DNA of 10,106 bases from Bdellovibrionota bacterium FG-2 (GTDB taxonomy: Bacteria; Bdellovibrionota; UBA1018). The stretch covers positions 1-10,106 of the forward strand of contig JBBCAV010000018.1 in assembly GCA_051382305.1 (NCBI GenBank), written 5' to 3'. Shown one piece after another: positions 1 through 7,504 of the stretch (the stretch's first letter is position 1; each line of letters starts with the position of its first letter). The notes beneath the pieces are model-generated. The model ran no database searches, was not told where the DNA came from, and saw nothing but the letters and a program-made list of their open reading frames with translations. Made by a program: the position numbers and the translations under genes.

Positions 1-83
1 TCTCCGTAAAGCGAAGCGTCTGGAAGCGCTCCTGCACCGACACCGTCCAACACGATCCAAATTACACGATCAAATTGCGTCAT
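1..83 (-). CDS. deoB: Phosphopentomutase, N-terminal 27 codons only (truncated by window edge)
   Basis: Manual translation of the minus strand from ATG at 83 gives MTQFDRVIWIVLDGVGAGALPDASLYG. This matches the phosphopentomutase N-terminal motif R-V-x-x-I-V-L-D-[SG]-V-G-x-G-x-x-P-D-A. It starts 3 nt after the deoC stop, the classic deoC-deoB context. Not in the supplied ORF track. Confidence 0.9.
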   Translation of the reverse strand, partial: MTQFDRVIWIVLDGVGAGALPDASLYG

Positions 84-86
84 ATT

Positions 87-1118
87 TTAGTAGAGGCTGT
101 TCTTGTAAGGTTTGTTTGAAGTCGCGTCGCCCGATTTCGACGGCTTTTTATTCGCATCCGTCGCCGTGCGTGTGACAATCGCAACGCTCGCCGAGGCGCC
201 CACTCGGCTTGCGCCGGCGGCAATCATCTTGGTGGCGTCTTCATAAGTTCTAATTCCCCCTGATGCTTTTACTCCCATCTCGGGGCCCACAATTCTTCGC
301 ATCAATGCGATGTCTTCAGCGGTGGCGCCACCCGAGGCAAAACCCGTTGACGTTTTTACAAAAGCCGCTCCGGCTGCCTTGGAAAGCGCGCAGCCAATGA
401 TTTTTTCATCTTCCGTTAAACTTGAAGTTTCTAAGATTACTTTCACGCCATGCGGCTTGGAAACCTCAACAACTTGGCGAATGTCTTCAAGTACTAGTGC
501 ATAGTCGCGTCCCTTGAGCGCACCGATATTAAGCACCATGTCGATCTCTTGCGCTCCGACACGAACGGCTTCACGCGCTTCAAAAGCTTTAGTGGCTGTG
601 GCCGCGGCCCCAAGCGGAAATCCGACAACCGCGATGGGTTTCGTGGAACTTCCCTTGAGAAGTTCTGCGACGAGCGCGATGTAAACCGAATTCACACAAA
701 CCGTGGCAAAGTGATATTGGCGGGCCTCTTCGCAGATGCGTTTGATTTCTTCTTTGGTGGCATCAGGTTTAAGAAGTGTGTGATCGATTTTCTGAGCTAA
801 GGTTTCGTTTCCCGTGAGTTCGTGAGGCTGAAAAGGCTTCTCGCCGACACTACTGACACGATCGGCGCCTTGGTGGATGAGGTTCTGCCAATTTGCAGAT
901 TTGGGGGAGCCCAGAGTGGGCGTGCCCAGCATAGGCACTCCTTGCTGAATAAGTCGTTCTCTGACGGCTTCTGAGATCTTGTCGACCAATGAATTGAAGG
1001 CCATTGGGGATTGAGGTCCTGTTGGCTGCGATGTGCCTGATTTACCACGAGGTTGAAACGCCATGTCAGGCAAATTCCTACTTTTTACTTGAAGTGTCAA
1101 GTCGGATTCGCTAACCAT
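87..1118 (-). CDS. deoC: Deoxyribose-phosphate aldolase (DERA) with long N-terminal extension
   Basis: Motifs [41 protein letters not shown] (Schiff-base Lys), GVKASGGIR and GASRVGAS, plus a flexible tail ending in Tyr as in other DERAs. The catalytic domain starts near aa 107. The true start is uncertain: 1118, 1064 (M19) or 1004 (M39). Confidence 0.96.
   Translation of the reverse strand: MVSESDLTLQVKSRNLPDMAFQPRGKSGTSQPTGPQSPMAFNSLVDKISEAVRERLIQQGVPMLGTPTLGSPKSANWQNLIHQGADRVSSVGEKPFQPHELTGNETLAQKIDHTLLKPDATKEEIKRICEEARQYHFATVCVNSVYIALVAELLKGSSTKPIAVVGFPLGAAATATKAFEAREAVRVGAQEIDMVLNIGALKGRDYALVLEDIRQVVEVSKPHGVKVILETSSLTEDEKIIGCALSKAAGAAFVKTSTGFASGGATAEDIALMRRIVGPEMGVKASGGIRTYEDATKMIAAGASRVGASASVAIVTRTATDANKKPSKSGDATSNKPYKNSLY
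1072..1100 (-). promoter_or_regulatory. Possible sigma70 promoter for deoC-deoB (perfect -35, poor -10)
   Basis: TTGACA on the minus strand at 1100..1095, followed by AT-rich CTTCAAGTAAAAAGTAGGAATTT. No consensus -10 at 17-bp spacing. If real, deoC starts at 1064 or 1004 rather than 1118. Confidence 0.3.
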
Positions 1119-1236
1119 GAGGGGTGAGGGTAGTTGGGCAAATATAGCCCATGTTCAAAAGTCTCCGATTAGCGTTTAATAGAACTTATAGGAGTTCGGA
1201 GATTTGTGAAGTTAGTTTCAGAGGCGGTCGGGGGCA

Positions 1237-1785
1237 TTGGACTCCGCTGCTTCAGAGAGTGTAAAAGCTTTGAAGGAACGAAACTCCTCGAATTTCACAG
1301 GAAAGTCTTGCGGAATTCTAATCCCCGTTTTGGGCTTGATGGGAGCTTTGCTCTCGGTGCCGCGCGTCGCGTGTGCAAATTCAGGCGATTCGGGAAACAA
1401 TTTTTTGGAAACCATCGGCATAAGTGTTGCCGTGGGGACGGTTTTGGGAGCATCTACTTTGCCCTTTTATAATCAGCCAGGAAAACATGCTATCAACGTC
1501 GCTTATGGCGCCTCTTTGGGTGCTGTCGCAGGAGTTGGAGCAAGTCTTTATGGGCTAATTGCTGGGGCGTCTAACCTCGAGGAATCCTATCATAGTGGTC
1601 CTTACGAGGAGAAAATGCTTGATTCGGGTCGGTCTCAAAATGAGAACCCGGATCTTAGGAAACACAGCACAGTTGTCAAATCCCAGCTTAAATCTGAGCT
1701 TAATGGAATTTGGAACGGAAAAGCCTTGTTTGCCCCCGTCGGCCCCAACGGAGTATGGGTCTCGTTGGTTTCCCTAACGTGGTGA
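1237..1785 (+). CDS. Hypothetical exported/membrane protein with glycine-rich hydrophobic segments
   Basis: 182-aa ORF (TTG start, uncertain) filling the gap before rne and ending 29 nt before it. Signal-peptide-like GILIPVLGLMGALLSVPRVACA, then two Gly/Ala-rich hydrophobic helices (IGISVAVGTVLGASTL; VAYGASLGAVAGVGASLYGLIAG). C-terminus is GVWVSLVSLTW. Confidence 0.7.
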   Translation: MDSAASESVKALKERNSSNFTGKSCGILIPVLGLMGALLSVPRVACANSGDSGNNFLETIGISVAVGTVLGASTLPFYNQPGKHAINVAYGASLGAVAGVGASLYGLIAGASNLEESYHSGPYEEKMLDSGRSQNENPDLRKHSTVVKSQLKSELNGIWNGKALFAPVGPNGVWVSLVSLTW

Positions 1786-1803
1786 TTTAGTCGCCATTTG
1801 AAA

Positions 1804-1809
1804 AGGGAG
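1804..1809 (+). promoter_or_regulatory. Shine-Dalgarno site of rne
   Basis: AGGGAG 5 nt upstream of the ATG at 1815. Confidence 0.7.
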
Positions 1810-1814
1810 CGGTC

Positions 1815-4637
1815 ATGTCTACAGAATTAATTATTAATGCATCTTTACCGGAAATTCGTTTAGCCCTGATGGAAGAGGGTGAAATTCAAGATCTTTTGAT
1901 CGAACGTCCCGGTGAAAAAGGGATTGTAGGAAATATCTATAAGGGGCGCGTGACGCGCGTTTTGCCTGGAATGCAAGCAGCATTCGTAGATATTGGCTTG
2001 GAAAAAGCAGCATTTCTTTATGTGGACGATGTTTTTGTTCACTCCGAGATTTGGGAAGAAGAAGAAGGGGAGGCTCAAAACTCCGTCGAAGCGATTGCCG
2101 TTTCTGAGAAAGCTCAAGTCGCGCCTTCTCCGATTGCTGAGGCACCGGCCCAAGAAAATCAGGAATCTCCAGACCATGGGGATCCTCTTGATTCACAGGA
2201 GTCCGATGAAGATTTTGATGATGACTTAGACGAAGATGCCGAGGATAATTCGGACGATGATTCGGACGAGGAAGCCGATGACTCAGAAGAAGAATCCGAC
2301 CCCAAGCCTCAGTCGATGGGTGCCGAGCCCCCCGGTGAAGGGGATGGAGGAGATTCCAGCGCCACGAGTGGCACCATCGCGCCAGAACAAAACGCTTCTG
2401 AATCCTCTGCCCAAAGTAAAGCCGATGGTGAGAGCGACGAGTCTACCTCTGCATCAGGTGAGCAAGATGCCGCCGCTCGGGGACGTCGTCATAAGCGCGG
2501 ACGTCGAGGCGGGCGTCATCGCCGAAAGCCCGGTGCGCCTGTTTTGGAAGCGCAAGCCGAAGGCAGTGAAAACGGTGAACCCCTCCCAGATCAAGTTTCA
2601 GAACAGCTTGCAGAGCCTAGCGAATTGGATTCTGATCGCGCGTCGATGGTGAGTGAGGGTGAAGGCGCCGTGGTCGAAGAAGGGAACGCCGCCCCAGCCG
2701 CGACAGAAAGTCGTGTTCGTATTCAAATCAGTGCTGATCGTTCGGCGGCTCCGAAGATCCCGCATGCTTCACAGCGCTCTCGGGATCGACGAATTGCACC
2801 TAAAGCGAGCACCCGCACTTTTAGAGGCCAAGTCAATATTCAGGATCTTTTAAAAGAAGGCCAAGAGGTTTTGGTTCAGGTCGCCAAAGATCCTATTTCC
2901 ACAAAAGGTGCGAGATTGACCTGTCATATCAGTCTGCCGGGCCGGCATCTCGTGTGTATGCCCACGATTGATCATGTGGGCGTTTCTCGTCGCATTGATC
3001 GAGACGACGAGAGAAGACGGCTGCGGGATTTTGTGGAACGCAATCGCCCGAAGAATTTGGGCTTTATTGTAAGAACAGCCAGTGGTCGTCAGCAATCTGA
3101 GAGGCGGATCAAGCAGGATATCGATTATCTCACGAGCCTTTGGACAGAGATTCGTGAGAAAGCCGGGACTGTGACTGCTCCCGCGCTGGTTTACGAAGAT
3201 TTGAACGTGATTCTCCGATCCATTCGAGATTGGGTGACTGAGGATATTGACAAAATTATTGTGGATTCTCGATATCACTTTAACGATGTGCTGAGGTTTA
3301 TCGGCGCATTTATGCCTTTCTTGAAGCAAAAGGTGGAACTATATCACGGGGATATCCCGATTTTTGATGCTTACAATATTTCCACCGAACTTTCACGGGC
3401 GTTGGAGCGCAAAGTATGGCTCAAGTCTGGAGGGTCGATCGTTATCGATCAGGCCGAAGCTTTGGTCGCGATTGATGTCAATACTGGCCGATTTGTGGGG
3501 AAAAAGAATCTCGAAGATACGATTCTCAAGACAAACTTAGAGGCCGTTCAGGAGATTGCTTATCAACTGAGACTTCGAAACTGCGGTGGCATCATCATTC
3601 TCGATCTTATCGATATGGAGAGTGATGAAAACAAGCACAGGGTTTATCGGGCGCTGGAAGATGCCTTAAGGAAAGATCGGGCGCGCCCTACGATTTTGAA
3701 AATCTCAGAACTTGGACTCGTCGAAATGACCCGTAAGCGCACGCGTGATTCGATGGTGCGGTCCCTGTGCGAAGCGTGTTCTCATTGCGAAGGCAAGGGC
3801 TATGTAAAGAGTAAGCAGACGGTTGCTTATGAGATTTTACGCGAAATTGAGCGTGAGGGAATTGCGAGAGACTCTGTTAAGGTTTTGGCTCAAGCGCATG
3901 CTGATGTCATTGATGTTCTGGCAATCGATGAGCGCGAGACGCTAGAGTATTTGGAAAAACGTTATCGTAAGCAGATATTCTTGCAGACGGTGGTGGATTT
4001 TTATACGGATCAGTTTGAAGTGTCCAGTGATAAGGGGGACAAGCCCCCGAAGCCCTATGTGACGGAGCGAACACGCGACGCACAGCAAGAGCGAGGAGAT
4101 CGCAATCGCAGTAGTCGGGGACGAGATTCACGGCGCGGCGGACGGGATTCTGGGCGGGATTCGCAACGAGAATCTCAAAAGGACAAGCAGTCCCAAGATT
4201 CTCAATCATCGCAGCAAGCTCAACAACCGATTCAAGCTAGTGATATGCCACCCCCTCAGCCCGTTGAGCGTATTATCATTAGCAGCTTGCGAAAGACTCC
4301 GGTCGTCGTACAGCCTGCGAGTGTGACGATTACGCCGGTCGATCAAGGCGGAGGTCCCGGGGCAAGCGATGTTTCGTCGCCGTCTGAGCCGCAAGGGGTT
4401 GCGGCCGACGCAGGAGTATCCCCAGCGGGCTCAAACGCGGGAGACGACTTTTACGATGAAGAAGATCGGTTGGCCTTTTTGCGCGCACAAGCAGCACAAG
4501 ATGCCGCGCTTGCTCAACTTCGTAACCCACAAGATCCGACGCGTAGGAACCCTGGGGGGGGCGGAGCGGGCCCTGGAAAGCCCCGTCGTGATGATCGGGG
4601 CGGCGCCAGTGCGGGATATGGGAACAATCGACTATGA
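1815..4637 (+). CDS. rne: Rne/Rng-family endoribonuclease (RNase E-like architecture) with large S1-domain insertion and disordered C-terminal tail
   Basis: GNIYKGRVTRVLPGMQAAFVDIGLEKAAFL; EGQEVLVQVAKDPISTKGARLT; GFIVRTA; catalytic-Asp motifs IDVNTG and ILDLIDM; QLRLRNCGGII; SELGLVEMTRKR; Zn-link CSHCEGKG. Whether it is an RNase E or G orthologue cannot be fixed without a tree. The true 3' end may be 4841 (see findings). Confidence 0.95.
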   Translation: MSTELIINASLPEIRLALMEEGEIQDLLIERPGEKGIVGNIYKGRVTRVLPGMQAAFVDIGLEKAAFLYVDDVFVHSEIWEEEEGEAQNSVEAIAVSEKAQVAPSPIAEAPAQENQESPDHGDPLDSQESDEDFDDDLDEDAEDNSDDDSDEEADDSEEESDPKPQSMGAEPPGEGDGGDSSATSGTIAPEQNASESSAQSKADGESDESTSASGEQDAAARGRRHKRGRRGGRHRRKPGAPVLEAQAEGSENGEPLPDQVSEQLAEPSELDSDRASMVSEGEGAVVEEGNAAPAATESRVRIQISADRSAAPKIPHASQRSRDRRIAPKASTRTFRGQVNIQDLLKEGQEVLVQVAKDPISTKGARLTCHISLPGRHLVCMPTIDHVGVSRRIDRDDERRRLRDFVERNRPKNLGFIVRTASGRQQSERRIKQDIDYLTSLWTEIREKAGTVTAPALVYEDLNVILRSIRDWVTEDIDKIIVDSRYHFNDVLRFIGAFMPFLKQKVELYHGDIPIFDAYNISTELSRALERKVWLKSGGSIVIDQAEALVAIDVNTGRFVGKKNLEDTILKTNLEAVQEIAYQLRLRNCGGIIILDLIDMESDENKHRVYRALEDALRKDRARPTILKISELGLVEMTRKRTRDSMVRSLCEACSHCEGKGYVKSKQTVAYEILREIEREGIARDSVKVLAQAHADVIDVLAIDERETLEYLEKRYRKQIFLQTVVDFYTDQFEVSSDKGDKPPKPYVTERTRDAQQERGDRNRSSRGRDSRRGGRDSGRDSQRESQKDKQSQDSQSSQQAQQPIQASDMPPPQPVERIIISSLRKTPVVVQPASVTITPVDQGGGPGASDVSSPSEPQGVAADAGVSPAGSNAGDDFYDEEDRLAFLRAQAAQDAALAQLRNPQDPTRRNPGGGGAGPGKPRRDDRGGASAGYGNNRL

Positions 4638-4841
4638 GGCCGCGGAGGCGGCGGCAAATTACAAGGAGGGGAACGGTGGCGTAATCGAGGACCGCGACCT
4701 AGCATTCCCGCACCTCTGGATTCGCCAAAAATATCTGTAACTCCTGTGACGACTGCTCCGGGGTCTTCAGGGTCTCCCGGGTCAAACGAAGATCGTGGTG
4801 GCGGCTCAGGTGACGGGGGCGAGGGCGGTTCTCAGTCCTAG
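4638..4841 (+). other. In-frame open continuation of rne beyond the TGA (67 codons + TAG)
   Basis: Manual translation: GRGGGGKLQGGERWRNRGPRPSIPAPLDSPKISVTPVTTAPGSSGSPGSNEDRGGGSGDGGEGGSQS*. Same G/S/P/R composition as the tail before the stop. TAG at 4839..4841 lies 17 nt before the prmA ATG. Confidence 0.65.
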
Positions 4842-4858
4842 TCTCTTGAGGCTGTATC

Positions 4859-5875
4859 ATGAGTGAATATTTTGAGTTGATTCTTCGGGTTCCGAGGCGG
4901 ATCCGATTTGAAGGTAACGACTGGGATCGCGAGGGTTTCTTTGAGCATCTTTGGGCCGAGTTTGGGCAAAAGGGGCTCACGGGAATTCACGAAGGTACCG
5001 TTTTATCCGAAGAAGCAGAGACCCAGGGACTTGAAACAGCTTCGTGGACTGTGGATGCGGGTGAGGCGCCCCGGGAGCGTGATTGGGTTTCAGAACAAAG
5101 CGAATCTTCAGCCACGCTTTTCTTGGATACCCTAGCGCACGCAAGCGCGGTGGCTGCTCATCTTGAGGTGTTGAAGCGGCAGAACCGTTCGTTTTATTTT
5201 GAAGGCCCGCGGGAGTGTGCTTCTCAGGATTGGAACGCGAATTGGAAAGCTTCTTTTTTGCAGCTTGAAAACGGGCTTAGAATCCCCCCTAATTGGCGGG
5301 TTTTTCCGCCGTGGGTTGAAAACCCGCAGGTGGATCCAGGCGAAATCATTTTGAAGGTGAACCCCGGCGCAGGCTTTGGAACCGGAACTCACGAAACGAC
5401 CCAGCTTTGTCTGAAGGCGATTGCCCATCAACGCCATTGTACAAAGGGACAGCCGGGGCGCGCGCTTGATTTTGGGAGCGGCTCAGGGATTCTCACTGCG
5501 GCGCTTGCGCGTTTAGGTTGGAATGTGGACGGCGTCGAAATCGATCCGCTCGCAATTGATAACGCTAATGAAAATGCCAAGATCAATGGTCTCAATGATG
5601 ATGTAGTTCGGTTCACGTTTGAATTGGGTCCATCTGAGCCTTGTTATGAAGTCATTGTTGCAAATATTTTGCGCCCCGTTTTGGTCGAATTTGCCGGTAA
5701 ATTGGCGGCGCGTTTGCTGCAGGGTGGGGGTGTGATTCTTTCGGGACTCATTGAGCAGGATGTTGCGCAGGTGAGTGACGTATATTCAAAATGTCTGGGA
5801 CGCAAACCCTCACGCGTGGAGAGCCTTGGCGAATGGCGATCAATTGTTTGGGATCACTTGGCGATCACTTCATAA
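4859..5875 (+). CDS. prmA: 50S ribosomal protein L11 methyltransferase
   Basis: DWNANWK, NPGAGFGTGTHETTQLCL, SAM-binding LDFGSGSGIL, GVEIDPLAIDNANENAKINGL, IVANIL, ILSGLI, GEW. GAGG lies upstream of the ATG. Confidence 0.95.
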   Translation: MSEYFELILRVPRRIRFEGNDWDREGFFEHLWAEFGQKGLTGIHEGTVLSEEAETQGLETASWTVDAGEAPRERDWVSEQSESSATLFLDTLAHASAVAAHLEVLKRQNRSFYFEGPRECASQDWNANWKASFLQLENGLRIPPNWRVFPPWVENPQVDPGEIILKVNPGAGFGTGTHETTQLCLKAIAHQRHCTKGQPGRALDFGSGSGILTAALARLGWNVDGVEIDPLAIDNANENAKINGLNDDVVRFTFELGPSEPCYEVIVANILRPVLVEFAGKLAARLLQGGGVILSGLIEQDVAQVSDVYSKCLGRKPSRVESLGEWRSIVWDHLAITS

Positions 5876-7475
5876 AAATAAACGCTTGCCACTTTCCGCG
5901 TTGGCACATGTAGCGATTGGGTTTCCATCCGGACTCATCGTACAGGTTGTGCAAGAAGTAGCCTTTCCAGGTCATCCAAACGGACTGAATTTCGGGGTGT
6001 TCTGAGGCAGGCCCCGAGATAATCCGCTCGGCGGGATTGATGGATTCAGTGACCACGACGGCTTCAACGTCGCGGCCATGTTGCAGCGCCAAGGGCACGC
6101 GTTCCCAAAAGTCGTTCGTGCGTGTGAGCTCCCAGTCGGGATGGCGGCGTGAAAGCTCAATGGTGATATCGGGAAAAGTCGGGCACCAGACGCGAAAGGG
6201 TTTCGCGGCAGGCGAGGAGGTTTCGAGTTCAGTCAGCCTCTTGTCAACGCAATCTACAAAATCGTAATAAGTCCCCCAGCGCCAGGAGGGGGAGTGGTTC
6301 ATTTTTGTGAGCTGATCCAAATCGATTACGCCAAAACAAAACACGAGTCCAAGACCGGCAAGCGTCAGCGTGCCTTTGAGTGTGGTCTCTGAAAGCGAAG
6401 GCTTTTTCTTAGCTTGGAACGCCCGAAGGGCCGCAAGGGATAAGAAACACAAAAGGGAAATATGAATGTAATAAGTAAACCAGACCTCGGGTTTGCTGTT
6501 CCACAGGTAACAGGAACTGAGAATCCAAGTGGCGGCGGGAGCAAGGCTTTCGTTTTTGAGTTCTTTTTTATAGGTCTTTATAAAATCACTGACGCCTATC
6601 CCCAGGGCGAGAAGGAGCAGAAACCAAACAAGGATCGAGGCTTGATGAACAATCGGGTGCCAAGGCTCGGGGGAGCCCATGCTCTGAAATACTCCACCGA
6701 GTGCTTTTCCCATGGAGTGAAGCCAGTCGTTTCCTCCAGAAAGGCGAGTCCATTGGGTCTTCATTTGATGCACAAAAAGTTTGGGGTGAAGCACCACGGT
6801 CAAGAGCCAGGGGGTAAGATAGAGCGCCGTCCTAAGTCCGATATGGATGAGTCTTTTGGGGTTTGTCAGAATAAATGCAGTGACGATTGGGAAAATCAAG
6901 TAAACCGAATTAAAGTGAAGATAGGCTCCTATGGCCAAAAGTGCGGCGATGGGGTCCCACCATCCCTGGGCTTCGAGGCGTTTTGGGAAGCCCAGCGTAA
7001 TTCCCAGCACAATTCCAACGCCACACAGTCCAATCATTGATTCTGGTCTCACCAGTACGGAAGCCCATCTGAGGGCGGGGTCGAGCGCAAAAAGTAACGC
7101 AAGTACAAGGGCAGGCGCGCGCGGGAGGCCTCGTTTCAAGACCGCTCCGACGCAAAGTGCGCCGCTGAGAGCCCATCCGAGCAGCGGCCAAAGCTTGATG
7201 GCGAAGCTGCCATCGATTCCGATGAAACGCCCAAGCCCAATCATGAGGGGATAAAGGGGCATCGTATTGAAGTTAAAAATTCGGTAGGTCGGCTCAAAGG
7301 GCGACTGCGGAATCATGACCCATCTGGGTGGCCATTTGAAGAAGTCGCGCGCCACGAAATAAAACGCGGAGTCATCGGGCCAAGGGACGGGGACAAATGC
7401 CAAGGGAGAAAGCCACACGAAAAGCGCCCCTAAAATCGGAATCAATATCAGCATCCACGCAACCTCTTTTGACAT
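5865..7475 (-). CDS. Polytopic membrane protein, putative GT-C fold glycosyltransferase (ArnT/PMT-like)
   Basis: Many hydrophobic segments. PWPDDSAFY acidic motif directly after TM1 (7371..7382), MPLYP, and VRPES resemble GT-C loop motifs. Soluble C-terminal domain. ATG at 7475 (MSKEVAW) is preferred over the track's TTG at 7565, which would overlap the divergent gene. Overlaps the prmA 3' end by 11 nt. The family call is from motif recognition only. Confidence 0.7.
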   Translation of the reverse strand: MSKEVAWMLILIPILGALFVWLSPLAFVPVPWPDDSAFYFVARDFFKWPPRWVMIPQSPFEPTYRIFNFNTMPLYPLMIGLGRFIGIDGSFAIKLWPLLGWALSGALCVGAVLKRGLPRAPALVLALLFALDPALRWASVLVRPESMIGLCGVGIVLGITLGFPKRLEAQGWWDPIAALLAIGAYLHFNSVYLIFPIVTAFILTNPKRLIHIGLRTALYLTPWLLTVVLHPKLFVHQMKTQWTRLSGGNDWLHSMGKALGGVFQSMGSPEPWHPIVHQASILVWFLLLLALGIGVSDFIKTYKKELKNESLAPAATWILSSCYLWNSKPEVWFTYYIHISLLCFLSLAALRAFQAKKKPSLSETTLKGTLTLAGLGLVFCFGVIDLDQLTKMNHSPSWRWGTYYDFVDCVDKRLTELETSSPAAKPFRVWCPTFPDITIELSRRHPDWELTRTNDFWERVPLALQHGRDVEAVVVTESINPAERIISGPASEHPEIQSVWMTWKGYFLHNLYDESGWKPNRYMCQRGKWQAFIFMK

Positions 7476-7504
7476 GGCCCTAGTTTGTAGAGTATTTCTT
7501 AAGC

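Noticed and set aside
1135..1151. Small inverted repeat TGGGC-N7-GCCCA in the deoC / hypothetical-gene divergent region
   Set aside because: The 5-bp arms are expected by chance, there is no U-tract, and I cannot match it to a known operator.
1206..1472. 88-aa ORF with a GGAG upstream of its GTG start
   Set aside because: It overlaps the 182-aa ORF in another frame and has no recognisable features. The 182-aa frame has coherent membrane-protein structure. A frameshifted start cannot be excluded but is unsupported.
2248..2272. Short tandem repeat (ATTCGGACGA twice at 12-nt period) and the GGGATTC repeats near 4145..4163
   Set aside because: These are codon-level repeats of low-complexity peptide (SDD/SDE, GRDS). 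There is no repeat-spacer structure, so they are not a CRISPR array or mobile-element end.
4554..4561. G8 homopolymer in the rne tail as a phase-variation or frameshift site
   Set aside because: It is explained by Pro-Gly-Gly-Gly codons. The frame after it still reads as a coherent tail, and a shift here is not needed to reach the 4841 stop, which is in the original frame.
4635..4637. TGA reassignment (genetic code 4 or 25) or selenocysteine as the reason for the open frame after the rne stop
   Set aside because: TGA ends three other genes here at sensible positions (1785, 5865, 9391) and none of the long conserved ORFs needs an internal TGA. The context is a disordered Gly/Arg tail, not a redox site.
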